NCBI GenBank assembly: GCA_050246315.1
Contig: JBFWWG010000001.1
Span: forward strand, 416,001-480,000
DNA: 64,000 bases
DNA from: Nitrospiraceae bacterium
GTDB lineage: Bacteria > Nitrospirota > Nitrospiria > Nitrospirales > Nitrospiraceae
Direction: 5' to 3'
The notes beneath the pieces were generated by a model. That model was not told the DNA's origin and did not search any database. It saw only the letters and a list, made by a program, of their open reading frames with translations. The translations under genes and the position numbers were made by a program. Positions 1 to 11,100 of the stretch are shown here, piece after piece; positions within the stretch are counted from its first letter, which is position 1, and every line of letters begins with the position of its first letter.

Positions 1-974
1 GCTCCCAAACGGACCAGCGATCCCTCCAACTCACGGATGTTGCTCTTCATGTTGTTGGCCAGGAACTGTACGACTTCTTCGGGTAACATCACCCCTTCGT
101 CCTCCGACTTCTTCCGCAAGATCGCGATCCGCGTCTCGACATCGGGCGCCTGGAGATCGGCGATTAAGCCCCATTCAAATCTCGACCGCAGCCGTTCTTC
201 GATGTCCGGCATCTCCTTCGGAAAACGGTCGCTGGTCACGACAATCTGCTTGTGGGCTTCATAGAGGGCGTTGAAGGTGTGAAAGAACTCCTCCTGTGTC
301 CGCTCCTTTCCGGCGAGAAATTGAATGTCGTCGATCAGCAGCATGTCCACATTCCGGTATCGCCGCCGGAGGTCGATCATCTTGTCATAGCGGATAGAGT
401 TGATCACCTCATTCGTGAACTGCTCGGTCGTGACATAGGCGATCCGGAGATCCGTCCGCTCCGCGACATGGTTTCCGATGGCGTTCAGCAGGTGGGTTTT
501 ACCCAGCCCGACTCCTCCGTAAATGAAGAGGGGGTTGTAGGCTCGTGCCGGCTGTTCAGCCACCGCCATACAGGCCGCATGAGCGAATTGATTACTGCCT
601 CCCACGACAAAGGTTCCAAACGTATACTTTGGATTCAGGTGGGCATGCTTCCGACTTCTCGGCCCGGTCGTTCCCTTCGGGGCCATTCCCATGCCTTCAC
701 TACTCTGATCCCGTTCCTCCATCGTGGACTTCTGGATACTAAAACTGACATCGACCTTCGGCCCTCCTCTCACTGTACCGATCGCCTCACCGAGAAGATC
801 TCCATAGTGCTCGCCCAACCAATCGCCAAAGAACTTGTTCGGAACGACAATCCGTGCCCCGCTGTCCTCCAAGGCTTCGAGGCGGATTGGTGCAAACCAT
901 GTTTCAAATACCTGCCTCGGTACGCGCTCGCGCACGTAGGCCAATGTGTCATCCCATAACGTTGTAAGGGTCAT
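1..974 (-). CDS. dnaA: Chromosomal replication initiator DnaA (3' end runs off window)
   Basis: Not in the ORF track. Minus strand reads [27 protein letters not shown]...[22 protein letters not shown]...[30 protein letters not shown]...NIRELEGSL. Confidence 0.97.
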   Translation of the reverse strand, partial: MTLTTLWDDTLAYVRERVPRQVFETWFAPIRLEALEDSGARIVVPNKFFGDWLGEHYGDLLGEAIGTVRGGPKVDVSFSIQKSTMEERDQSSEGMGMAPKGTTGPRSRKHAHLNPKYTFGTFVVGGSNQFAHAACMAVAEQPARAYNPLFIYGGVGLGKTHLLNAIGNHVAERTDLRIAYVTTEQFTNEVINSIRYDKMIDLRRRYRNVDMLLIDDIQFLAGKERTQEEFFHTFNALYEAHKQIVVTSDRFPKEMPDIEERLRSRFEWGLIADLQAPDVETRIAILRKKSEDEGVMLPEEVVQFLANNMKSNIRELEGSLVRLG

Positions 975-1310
975 AGGTATCGGGCTTTCCGTACTATACA
1001 CAGAATTATTCACACCTGTGGATATCTGCCCCAGTTCGTCAATCCTGTGTATAGCCTGTAGATAAACACCACCGATCTGTTCACCGTGATGACAGCGGAG
1101 ATTTCCGACGCTATTACCTTGCTTACCATCCCCAAGTTGTCCCGTGACCGTCCACGAGCAGCCCTGATTCCATCCAGATCCTCACCCACAGATGACTGAA
1201 TTCGTAACAGACTGTTTTATTGTGATCGTTTCTCTTTTCACATGATCCACAGGACTTATCTCTACTCCGACTACGACGACTATTTTTTCTTCTTTCTTCA
1301 TAACAAACCG
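975..1310. other. Putative replication origin (oriC)
   Basis: Upstream of dnaA. DnaA-box-like 9-mers at 994-1002, 1006-1014 (TTATTCACA), 1017-1025, 1046-1054, 1057-1065, 1234-1242 and 1243-1251, then trinucleotide repeats and a T-rich tract at 1262-1300. Confidence 0.8.
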
Positions 1311-1580
1311 TCAGAGTGTGATTACCGAATCGGAAGCAAAAATTTTTTCCACAAGATCCTCGTACTCGATCGTCCTTCCCGGAAAGATGACCTGACGCTT
1401 GCTGAGATCTTCCTTGAGAGCCGACACCGGTATTGAGGTCAGCTGACTGTCGAGAGAGATACGAACCGCCTCCTCCAGGAGCACGATCTCCTGCTGAAGA
1501 TCCGGCTCCACCTGCGGTGAAAAGAGAGGATCCTGGGAGAGGTTTGTGTTTCTAGTGACGAGATACAGCACCTTGTGCAT
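1311..1580 (-). CDS. DsrH/TusB-like small protein
   Basis: 89 aa, C-terminus YEDLVEKIFASDSVITL resembles DsrH/TusB; third gene of a DsrE-family triplet. Confidence 0.6.
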   Translation of the reverse strand: MHKVLYLVTRNTNLSQDPLFSPQVEPDLQQEIVLLEEAVRISLDSQLTSIPVSALKEDLSKRQVIFPGRTIEYEDLVEKIFASDSVITL

Positions 1581-1584
1581 GGTT

Positions 1585-1929
1585 TCAAAAGACCAACACG
1601 CGTCGAGAGGTCGTTACATGCCGGTGTAGTTCCACCGGCGCTGCTTCCTTGACACGGAAGCCCGGTTCGATCGAAAAGCTTTGGATGGCTCCGGGAACGA
1701 CGAGGAATTCCGTTTCCAGGTGTCGGAACGATGGGAGATACTTTTCAAGGATGTCGAGATCCATCACATCGTCACGGTCTTCGGAAAGGAGTTTCGGGGC
1801 ATTGTCCAACAGAACGACCTTGAGTGGCCGATCACCGGCTCCAAGCCCCAAGGCGATACGCAATGCCTCGACAGCGCGGCCGGACGTGAGAGGATTTTCG
1901 CGTATGACCACGGTCGTCGTGTCGGACAT
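1585..1929 (-). CDS. DsrF/TusC-like (DsrE family) protein
   Basis: VVIRENP...RAVEALRIALGL...RRVLVF pattern of the DsrE/F fold. Confidence 0.7.
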   Translation of the reverse strand: MSDTTTVVIRENPLTSGRAVEALRIALGLGAGDRPLKVVLLDNAPKLLSEDRDDVMDLDILEKYLPSFRHLETEFLVVPGAIQSFSIEPGFRVKEAAPVELHRHVTTSRRVLVF

Positions 1930-1955
1930 GGAGAAAATTACGGGAAGTGCGCGGC

Positions 1956-2276
1956 TTAATTGAAGGATACGAACTGATCACATGCGTCGACCATATTGGA
2001 CAGAATGACCAATCCACAGAGAGTGATGCGCGGGTCGAGAGACTCTGTTGAAACACCATGGTGCTGGCATCCGTATGCGCAGACAAAGTACTTCATCCCA
2101 AGGCTGGATAACCCGAGAATGCGAGCGTCTCCGAGGTTCTTGACGCCCTCATCGATCAGGTACAGATAGACATCAACACCCTTCCGTGTTGCGGCTTCTG
2201 AAAGAGCAATAGCCGTCTCTACATGGGGGTGGCCAGGGGGTGTGGATAACAAGATACCAAGCTTGCGCTTTTCCAC
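1956..2276 (-). CDS. DsrE/TusD-like sulfur relay protein
   Basis: LGILLSTPP...VYLYLIDEGV...FVCAYGC...CDQFVSF; retains the sulfur-accepting Cys position. Confidence 0.8.
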   Translation of the reverse strand: MEKRKLGILLSTPPGHPHVETAIALSEAATRKGVDVYLYLIDEGVKNLGDARILGLSSLGMKYFVCAYGCQHHGVSTESLDPRITLCGLVILSNMVDACDQFVSFN

Positions 2277-2382
2277 AAAGATTAATGCTGATTAGTATAG
2301 ACTTATCAATAAGTTACATTGTTCATACTTGCGCAAGACTATGCTCTTTCGGATACAAAGTCAATAAGGACTTTTCTAGCAA

Positions 2383-3639
2383 TCAGTCTTTCAATAGACG
2401 AACGGACAGATCGTGAACCACGGAAGAAAGAGGGATCTCTTCCTGAGCTTTCGAGACCATGTTTCGGAGGATCGCCGCTCCTTTCGCGACCTCGTCATCA
2501 CCAATGATCAAGGTGTGGGAGCAATGGAGACGGTCGGACTGGCGAAGATGCGCCTTGAGGGTGGTGGATCTGTAGTCACAGGTGGCCTCAATGCCGGCCT
2601 GGCGGATCGAGTCAAGCAGCGGGTGAGCGGTTGCGATTCCATCTCGGCCGAACCCTGCAACGTACAAGAATAGCGACGGGGGAGGGACGAGGTCATCCTG
2701 CAGCAAGAGGGCGATGCGTTCAAGACCGACGGCAAACCCGATCGCAGGCGTTGGCGCGCCCCCAAGTACCTCAACCAACCCATCGTAACGGCCGCCTGCG
2801 CCGACCGCGTTCTGCGCTCCTAGGTGCGTGCACGTCACTTCGAACGTGGTCAACGTATAATAGTCAAGCCCACGTACAAGTCGAGGGTTGAGCGTAACCG
2901 GGACGGCGATCGCCGACAGTCCTGCCCGCACCGCCTCAAAATGATCCCGTGCTCGTGATGAAATATGATCGACGATCGAGGGGGCTCCGGAAGTCGCCTC
3001 ACGACACCCTGGCACCTTGCAATCGAGGACCCGGAGGGGATTCGTGTCCAGACGACGCTGGCAGTTTGCGCAAAGGGCGGCCTGTTTGGGTTCCAGAAAT
3101 TCGCGAAGGACCTTTTTATACCGCGGCCTGTCTTCTGTTTCCCCAAGAGTATTGAGTTCCAACGTAAGGCCCGGCAGCCGCAATGCGTTGAAGTATCGCC
3201 ACAGAAGGGACACCACCTCCACATCCGCTTCAGGTTCCGCCACCCCTAACAGTTCGACCCCGAATTGATGAAACTGCCGCAGGCGTCCCGCTTGAGGCCG
3301 TTCATGGCGAAACATTGGGCCGAGATAAAACAGCTTTTGCGGCAGGGGCGAAGCACCCAAGTTATGCTCGATATAGGATCGCACGGCGCCGGCGGTCCCC
3401 TCGGGCCGTAAGGTCAGGGAGGACCCGTCGCGGTCCGTGAACGTGTACATCTCCTTTTCCACAATGTCCGTCGTGGCGCCAATCGAGCGGGCGAAGAGTT
3501 CGGTCACCTCGAAGATCGGCAGCCGGATCTCGCGAAATCCGTAGAGCCTCGCATACCGGCGAGCGCTGTTCTCGATGAGAAGCCATCGGTCTATCTGATC
3601 CGGAAGGAGATCCTTGACGCCTTTAATACCCTTGATCAT
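2383..3639 (-). CDS. hisS: Histidyl-tRNA synthetase
   Basis: KEMYTF, LRPEGTA, FRHERPQAGRLRQFHQ, LVRGLDYY, GGRYDGL motifs. Confidence 0.98.
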   Translation of the reverse strand: MIKGIKGVKDLLPDQIDRWLLIENSARRYARLYGFREIRLPIFEVTELFARSIGATTDIVEKEMYTFTDRDGSSLTLRPEGTAGAVRSYIEHNLGASPLPQKLFYLGPMFRHERPQAGRLRQFHQFGVELLGVAEPEADVEVVSLLWRYFNALRLPGLTLELNTLGETEDRPRYKKVLREFLEPKQAALCANCQRRLDTNPLRVLDCKVPGCREATSGAPSIVDHISSRARDHFEAVRAGLSAIAVPVTLNPRLVRGLDYYTLTTFEVTCTHLGAQNAVGAGGRYDGLVEVLGGAPTPAIGFAVGLERIALLLQDDLVPPPSLFLYVAGFGRDGIATAHPLLDSIRQAGIEATCDYRSTTLKAHLRQSDRLHCSHTLIIGDDEVAKGAAILRNMVSKAQEEIPLSSVVHDLSVRLLKD

Positions 3640-3947
3640 GGTGCGCGTTTGCTCGTTAAACCCGTGTCTCTCGTGGTCGATCCTCGGCCCGCGGCATCAT
3701 AGCGCGACGAGGGAGGGACAAGTCAACGCAACCGAGGCGACTCTATGGCGGGCGACCATGGTTAGCGAACGAGGGTCGTCGTATTGACAAGCGTGACGGC
3801 GGTTCTGCATGCTGCGCGGCAGATCGCACAACTCGGCTCTCTGCGCATGAATCGCAACCCAACTGCAACGAGATCGATCGCACGGTGGTCAAGGCACAGG
3901 GCAAACCTGGCCTTCGGGCCGGAGCTGCATGACGGCTGGAGGGCTTC

Positions 3948-5444
3948 ATGATGACCGATGGTCCCGGTAGGCGCGTGGTCGCCGTGGCACCGATGCCCCC
4001 TGAGAAGGCGGCCTATGCGCTCGCGCGGTACAGCCGCTCCCCGGATTCTATCGAGGACAGCATCCGCTGGGTGCACGGCCATTCGTCGGAGAAATTCTGG
4101 GATCAGTATTACTTCGCCTACGGGCACGCTTCCATCGCCGACCTGGGCCATGCCATCGTCTGCTTCGAGCACATCTCCGAGCTCGCCGCTATCCGGATCG
4201 AGGACGAGCCGCTCTGGGACGGCCAAGCGAAATCGAGCCGCTACCAAAATTTCGGTCCCGGCGGGTGCTATACCCCCGACGCCATTCGGGGATCAGAAGT
4301 CGAGGGACTCTATCAGGGTATCCTCGGCAGTTTGGCCAATGCCTACCGCCTCCTTCATGACCCGGTCAAGCGGTTTCTCTCCGAGCGAACTCCGCGTCCG
4401 GCCGAAATGAAAGAAGCGGACTATGACCGGACGATGGCGGCGCGCGCGTTCGATGTGACCCGGTACCTGTTACCGCTCGCGGCCAGGACCAATGTCGGGC
4501 AGGTTGTCAGCGTGCGGACATTGGAGAAGCAGATCACCCGGTTTCTCTCTGCTGCCTTGCCGGAGCTCCAGATGGTCGGGGACGATCTGAGAGACGCTTG
4601 CCTCCGACCACCGGTGAATGTCTGGGGGGAACTGTGTGGTCAGGTGGCGGGCCTCGGCGAGCCGCTGGCCCCAACATTGGCGAGGCATGCCAAGGCTAGC
4701 CCCTATCAGAGCCAGGTCTATCAAGAGATGGGCCGGTACGTGCGGGAGATCCTCAAGCGGGCCGGGCTGGAGGAGCGTTCTTCCTGGGGCGATCCGGAGC
4801 AGGCTTCTTCCGTGGATCTGATCGAGCCGCATGATCCACTGGATGAACTGGCCGCCACCTGGTTGTACCGGGGAGGGCAGGCTCCCTATCGAAAGATTCT
4901 GGAACTGGTCCGAAGCTGGACCGAAAAACAAAAGCAGGAAGTCATCGACCTCGCACTGGCCAAGCGAGGCCCGCATGATGAATTGCCCAAGGAGTTTCGG
5001 AGCGGTTACAGCTTTATCTTCGACATCCTCATGGATATCGGTGCCTGGCGGGACCTGCATCGCCACCGCCGCTGCCAGCAGATCCAACAGAACTTTACGA
5101 CCGCCCACGGCTATGACGTGCCGCCGCTGTTAACCGAAGCCAGACTCGATCACGACTACCGAGATGCGATGGACGCCGTCAAACGGGACATCGAGACCAT
5201 CCGCAAGAACAGCCAGGAAGCGGCCCTCTACGCCATTCCGTTCGGCTTCAAGGTCCGTTGCCTATTCAAGATGGATTATGCGGAAGCGGAATACATCTCC
5301 CGCTTACGGTCCGGCCTCAAGGGCCATTGGTCGTACCGGACTGTCGCCTGGCAAATGCAGCAGGCCATGGCCCAGCGCTATCCGTTCCTTGCCGGCCACA
5401 TTCATGCAACACCTCCCACTGTCGAGGACCGTCTCACCCGCTGA
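3948..5444 (+). CDS. thyX: FAD-dependent thymidylate synthase, long two-domain ThyX-like form
   Basis: ARYSRS, YGHASIADL, KSSRYQ, AFDVTRYLLP, RDLHRHR motifs. Confidence 0.8.
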   Translation: MMTDGPGRRVVAVAPMPPEKAAYALARYSRSPDSIEDSIRWVHGHSSEKFWDQYYFAYGHASIADLGHAIVCFEHISELAAIRIEDEPLWDGQAKSSRYQNFGPGGCYTPDAIRGSEVEGLYQGILGSLANAYRLLHDPVKRFLSERTPRPAEMKEADYDRTMAARAFDVTRYLLPLAARTNVGQVVSVRTLEKQITRFLSAALPELQMVGDDLRDACLRPPVNVWGELCGQVAGLGEPLAPTLARHAKASPYQSQVYQEMGRYVREILKRAGLEERSSWGDPEQASSVDLIEPHDPLDELAATWLYRGGQAPYRKILELVRSWTEKQKQEVIDLALAKRGPHDELPKEFRSGYSFIFDILMDIGAWRDLHRHRRCQQIQQNFTTAHGYDVPPLLTEARLDHDYRDAMDAVKRDIETIRKNSQEAALYAIPFGFKVRCLFKMDYAEAEYISRLRSGLKGHWSYRTVAWQMQQAMAQRYPFLAGHIHATPPTVEDRLTR

Positions 5445-5451
5445 GCTGCCC

Positions 5452-6495
5452 GTGACCATCGAGGATTTTGCGGCAGAGATCGAAGAGGCCCTGGTTGCGG
5501 GAGACTGGTCCGCGGTCGAGCGTGCGGCGACCACGTGGCGACAGGGCTCGGGAGAGCCGAACGGTGATCCGAGGCCCGTCTTCGCGCTGAACGTTGTCCA
5601 CCTGCTGCGCGGCGAGATGGCGCAGGCCTGGGCGCTCCATGCTGAGTCGTTGGCCGAGGCGGAGGATATTGAACGGGTGCGGGAGTGGCTGGAGGAGGTT
5701 CGGGCCCGCCGGGGTGAGAACGGCTCGCTTCACTTGGTGATGGGCCTGTTCCTGTCCCAATCGGGACAATCGGAGGAATCGGTCGCCAGTTTCAAACAGG
5801 CCATGACGCTCCTGCCGACGTCGCCCCTCCCACATTTTTTCTACGGGCAGATCATGGAACGGGCCGGTCGGTCGGACATGGCCATCAAAGCGTATCGTGA
5901 AGCGGTGCGGCTCGGGCCTGAGTTTACGGCCGCGCGCACAGGTTTGGGCGTGCTCTATCAACAGCAGGGGCAGCTGGAGCAGGCGCTCCCGCAGTTCCGT
6001 GAAGTGGTGAAACAGCGCCCGACGGACGCGGTGGCCAGGGCCGCATTGGCTTGTGCGCTGGCCGCGCAGGGCAAATTCGAGCCGGCGCTCACGGAGTACA
6101 AGGAAGCCGTGCGGTTGGACCCGACCAACGCCGAATTGCACTGCGGACTGGGCAGGTTCTATGAAGATCGAGGCCGAAACGAACTGGCCATGCAGGAGTA
6201 CCGGGCGGCGGTCCAAGAGGACCCTGATTTCGCGCCCGGCCATGTCGCGATCGGTTGGCTCTTGCTCAACAAGCGGAAGATGAACGACGCCATGGAATCC
6301 TTCAATCGGGCTCTGCGGGCCGACCCGGATCAAGGCAAGGCTTATCTCGGAATCGGAAAAATCTATGCCGCTCACGGGAAGACGGAAGTGGCTGTGGAGA
6401 ACTATTCCAAGGCGCTTAGACTCGAGAAGGACCCCGATGCCAAGAACCGGATCTTGAACGAACTCTACATGGAAGGCACCACGTGGGACACATAG
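5452..6495 (+). CDS. Tetratricopeptide repeat protein
   Basis: Multiple TPR units (e.g. AIKAYREAVRLGPEFTAARTGLG); GTG start just after the thyX stop. Confidence 0.9.
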   Translation: MTIEDFAAEIEEALVAGDWSAVERAATTWRQGSGEPNGDPRPVFALNVVHLLRGEMAQAWALHAESLAEAEDIERVREWLEEVRARRGENGSLHLVMGLFLSQSGQSEESVASFKQAMTLLPTSPLPHFFYGQIMERAGRSDMAIKAYREAVRLGPEFTAARTGLGVLYQQQGQLEQALPQFREVVKQRPTDAVARAALACALAAQGKFEPALTEYKEAVRLDPTNAELHCGLGRFYEDRGRNELAMQEYRAAVQEDPDFAPGHVAIGWLLLNKRKMNDAMESFNRALRADPDQGKAYLGIGKIYAAHGKTEVAVENYSKALRLEKDPDAKNRILNELYMEGTTWDT

Positions 6496-6964
6496 GGGCG
6501 CGCCGGAGCAGGGTTGCTCTCTCTCGACCGTCAGAAAGCGTCACGCGGCCCTGATCGGAAAATCGCGGCGACGGACGGGCGTCGGCTTCAGACACCCTGG
6601 AATGCACTGATGGTCCGGCAGCCTTTGGCGGTGTACTTTTTAGCCGCCTCTGCCTCTGAGGCCGCGGCCGTTGGCCGCGATGTCGGCACAGGCGGCATCC
6701 GATATGCCTCTCAAAGACAGACACCCACTCCAGGGCCCGCTTCAGCCGTCTGCCCGTCCCGCCGTGCAGTGGGATCGCGGGATGATTATTTGTTGATCAT
6801 GCCTGGGGCTTTGGGGCGTGCCTTTACTTCTCTACCGCCGGAAATGGGGGGAGCCCGGTTCAATGGGAGGTATACATGGGTCTGCGGGAAAATGATGTAC
6901 TGACTAACAGGAAGGTCGGATGGAACAATAGCCTCTTTCCAGATCTTTGGCCAAGGACGCGAGT

Positions 6965-7314
6965 CTCACGCGCTAGGATTTCGAGGGGAATGTCCAACTC
7001 CGATTAATTCGGCGGATCATTTCAAGATATAATCCGCACCTCCTCTATAAGACTTCGGAGACCAGGGCGCGCCCGCCGAGCAGCGCTTCGAGATCCTTTT
7101 GCGTCATGCCGAGTTGTTCCATCCGAAATCTGATTGCATCCACGGGATCGGAGGGGCTCACGGCATGGTGCTTGGCCTCATAGGCTTCGACCAGCGTCGT
7201 AAGGATATCCAGTTCATCTCCGGCCTTGGTACCCGGCCTCGCGTCCATCAAGTGCTCGATGCGAAGCAACGCGCGCTCATAGTCCCGCTTCGTCTTGATG
7301 AGGAAGACGTTCAT
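6965..7314 (-). pseudogene. higA: HigA-type HTH antitoxin, disrupted
   Basis: IKTKRDYERAL...DELDILTTLVEAYE...DPVDAIRFRMEQ...VSEVL, then in-frame TAG (7045-7047), LEMIRR, a frameshift, and ELDIPLEIL. Confidence 0.75.
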
Positions 7315-7484
7315 GGCTTTTCTGGCGCGTACTTAGGTGTCAGCAGATCTTAGGACCCGATCAAGATTTTCTTCAATAAGGCCGCAGGGAGTCTGAGCTC
7401 GAGGAAGGCAACCTGGTCGATGGGCGCACGGGGATCGTGGCGAGGCGTCGCCGCTTGACGAATGACGAACGACCGATGACGCGC

Positions 7485-7754
7485 TTATAACTCGCGCAAG
7501 GCGCCTTGCAGCACCGTGAGCTGCGTGATCGGATCGCCGGCGGTCTTGAGTTCGCCTTGGATCTGGTCGCGGAGATAAGAGGAATAGCCGACCTTGTCGA
7601 GGAGAACGTGAAGGAATCGTTCAGGCGGCAGCAGGCTCTGGGCCTTCAACTCGTCGATCGTCTCGTCGCTGACCGGCACATAGGTGCTCCCGATGTGGAA
7701 CACCACGTTGTAGTGCTGGTCCTTCCTGATGCGTTCGAATCGTAGCCCCTTCAC
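7485..7754 (-). CDS. Hypothetical protein (89 aa)
   Basis: GTG start with GGAGGGAGG RBS; normal codon usage. Confidence 0.75.
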   Translation of the reverse strand: MKGLRFERIRKDQHYNVVFHIGSTYVPVSDETIDELKAQSLLPPERFLHVLLDKVGYSSYLRDQIQGELKTAGDPITQLTVLQGALREL

Positions 7755-7850
7755 CCGACCTCCCTCCGATTCACGGGGAGAGGCGATTGTAGTCAAACGC
7801 GCTCCGGAAGACAAGGTGGGAAAGGCGAGGTAGGGGACCTCCTCCCTGAG

Positions 7851-8192
7851 TCAAGAATGTGCTGATTTCTTCCCGAAATACTCCCGCCGGCTCACGGCCA
7901 CATCTGTCACGAACATCACGCCCGAATGCCGTTCAAACAGAGGCCGTAGCCCAGCCAGGATGGGCTCGACTTTTTCTGCCGGTACGACCGTCATGATCAT
8001 GACCAGGCTTTCCTGCTCGCTGAACATGAAGTGGGCTTCCCGGACCCCATGATGTCCCTTACCGGAAACATTGCCGATGATCGTGTACCCCGAGGCCTGA
8101 ACCTTGTCGAGCAGCTCGGTCACAAATGGACGGTTGTCACCCGAGACAATCACGCGTATCTCCTTCATCGGGTGCAGGGTCAGTGCGCTCAT
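7851..8192 (-). CDS. P-II family signal transduction protein (SbtB-like context)
   Basis: MKEIRVIV...SGYTIIGNVSGKGHHG...GVMFVTDVAVSR; directly downstream of dabA. Confidence 0.85.
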   Translation of the reverse strand: MSALTLHPMKEIRVIVSGDNRPFVTELLDKVQASGYTIIGNVSGKGHHGVREAHFMFSEQESLVMIMTVVPAEKVEPILAGLRPLFERHSGVMFVTDVAVSRREYFGKKSAHS

Positions 8193-8195
8193 GTC

Positions 8196-11100
8196 TCAAC
8201 TCCTTTCGATTCCGGCAGATAGATGCTCCGGCTGAGCACGCTCGACTTTCCGCCACTCCTTCGAGGGCAGATAGCGGTAGCACAGCCCGTCGGCGGGCTC
8301 GATCGCGACCAAGTGAACCCACTCGTTATGATAAAAATGCTGCAACACTTCATGACGGGCGATCAGCTTCTCCAGTTTGGCCAGCGGCGCCTCGACGACC
8401 GTGAGAAGACGCATCGGCTCATGATAGGGGATCTGCCCATTCATCACGGTCTGCCAAGCCAACCCGAGACGAAGATCGGACCAGGGGCCGGACATGATGC
8501 CGAGGCGTCCGACCACGTTATGATAGATCTTACTCCCTCCGCCATACACCTCGTTGTCCACAGTCGAGAAATAGTGCTCCATGTTGATCCACTGGGCCAC
8601 CAATTGCGGCCCCGTCAACAAGATTTCGAGCAAACGGGCTGTCGGATCTTCTCGATAGTCGTAGGAATGGAGGAACACGCGACCACCGAGGTGAAGCCCT
8701 TTCGTCAACGTTCGCCGCCCGATGATGAAGGCCGTATTTCCCGAGAGGCCCCATTCCGGTCGAACCTGGCTCCAATCGGCGCTTCGTTCGCGCACATGGG
8801 CCGCCGCCTCCTCGGCCGGGAGCACGGGGTTGCCATCCGGGAGGCGCGAACACCGTTCCTGGCTGGTCAGGCGTGCAGCTTCGCGGAAATCGGCGACCAG
8901 CCGCGCGATATCTTTGCGGTGGGTCGGCGGCACGTCTTCGAGGTCGAATAGCGTGACCTCATCCGTCGTCGTGTCCATCTGGCCGGCCAGAAAATGGGTG
9001 TCCGGCGGAATTTCGATGCCGCGTTTGGCCAGGCGTTCTCGGACCGGCGGTTTGTTCGCCATCGCAGCCAAGACGCGGGCGTTGGGGTTGCCTTCGTTTC
9101 CTCCACAGGCCCCGCAGTCCAAGGCGGACTCGAAGGGGTTGTTGTCTGACGTGCTGCCGTGCGCACAGAAGACGATCAAGCGGGCGAAATTTCTGGTCAA
9201 CCCCATCATCCGAAGCGTCGTTTCCACGGTCACCACTTGCTCGTCGAGCGTGAACCCGGTGCGGGTGATACGCTCCTTTTGCCGCGAGGCGGCCCGGGGG
9301 TTGATACGATAGTCCCGCCGAAGCTCCTCGACAAATCCGGCCAACTGCTCTCTGGAGAGATCCACCGCCCGGGCGGCCTCGCTGAGAAAGGGCTCGACCG
9401 GCGCGTCCGGGTCCAATGCGCGTCTACGCAGGGCTTCGACGAACTCATGATCCATGCGGGAACCGTGGAGGCCGAATCGATCGCGCAACGCTTTCCAGAT
9501 AAGCGCCCGCTGCTCCGCCACGATCATTTCTTCAGTTTCGGACGGAGGCAATTTGTCCACGGTGACGCTCGTGGCAATCGGTGGGACCAAGAGATGCCGT
9601 AACCATCCGGTCGCGCGCTTGTACAACGCTGGGAGCAGTGTCTTGCCGATGAGTGGAAAGCTGTAGAACCAGCCGAGTGATTCGACCATGACATAGGGGG
9701 TCACGACGTTTTCTTTGAGATCGTGCAAGAGCGTGTGACCCGCGTGGATCAGTTTGGCCCGCGATTCGTGCTTGGAGACGAAATGTTCGAAATAACTACG
9801 AGGAATTTCCCGCACTTCATTCTTCGCCCGCATGATGACCGGGAATTGCTCGGTCTCGTGCTCCTTCCCCCATGCTCGATATTTCATGAACACCGCGAAG
9901 AACCCGGCGAAGCCGTAGGTTTCATTCGCCCCGGTCGATTCCAAATGTCGGCGGAACGGCTCCGACCGCACATCGAGGCAATACACGGATTGAGAGTGCG
10001 GCCGCACGGACGGGCCCGAATCGTGGACCGCCCGGTCCTGATTGGCCGCCGCGCGCAGCAACATGCCGAGCAACTGGTCCTGGTAGGAGGCTTCAAATGA
10101 TCTGAGCCAGACCGGTCCATGGAGAGATTCGGGAAAGGCCTCCATCCAGTCCACGAGCTGACGGAGTTCCGCCGGGGCCGCTTCCAGTAGGACGGTCGGG
10201 ACCATCTCCAGGGCCTGTGCAAGCGTGAGCAACCGTCTAGCCATCGACCGCCTTGCGGCTCGGTCATGAAGAGGCCCGACCTCGGCCTGGTAGCGGTTGG
10301 CCAATTCATGCCACGCCTGTTCGGTTTCGCCGATCTCGACCAGTCGATCCACCTGCGCCGCATAGAATGGGAGAAGCCGGCCGCCAACCCGTTCTTTCCG
10401 CAAGAAATACTCATAGGGCCGTTGTCGCATGTAATCGGATATCACGTCGTAGTTGCCAGCGACTCCGAGGTGGTCCCGGCAGGTTTGTTGGACGAGTTCC
10501 CGTACGTACCAGAGGCGGACGGCGAGGAACTTGACCAACCCGACCTCGTAGGCTTCCTGCCAGGCATAGCCGGTGGTTTCAGCTCGCCATTTGATGAAGC
10601 CGGCCCAGCCTGGGAGGGCCGCGAGCTGCAAGGAGAGGTAGTCGAGCCGAAGGGATTCGGGAATCCCAAGTGCTTCCAAGCTGTCGAGCACGGCGTCTTC
10701 CGGATGATCGGGCAGCGCCGAAATTTTTATCCGGCTGTCCACGATTCCGCAGGGCGACCATTCCCTGGCCGCGAGCGCCTTCCATGCCGCGTAAAAGCCC
10801 GCCTCCCGTCCCGGCATTGGCCAGGTGGCGTGGCCTTCGTCCAGGAAGGCCTCGCACCACTTGATCAGCTCTGCGTTGATCTGCGCCCCGATCTGCGTGC
10901 CGAGGGTCTGATCGCACCAGCCTGACAACGTCCGGTAGCGCCCCAAGACCGCTAGGTCTTTCTGGATGTCTCCCGTCATACGATCCTGGAAAGTCGGGGC
11001 GGTCCAGAGAGCCAGATACTCGGCGATGGCCTCGACCTGTTCTTCGCCCGGTCCCTGATCGAGCAGGGCATCGAGCGGCTCATTGGTCGACGCCGACAGT

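Noticed and set aside
252..959. 235-aa plus-strand ORF
   Set aside because: Antisense shadow of dnaA, which the ORF track missed because it runs off the window.
3894..3935. GCACAGGGCAAACC plus hairpin upstream of thyX, reminiscent of the 5' part of a c-di-GMP-I riboswitch
   Set aside because: The loop is UUCG rather than GNRA, and the GACGCAAAGC junction and P3 receptor stem are absent; there is too little room before the ATG.
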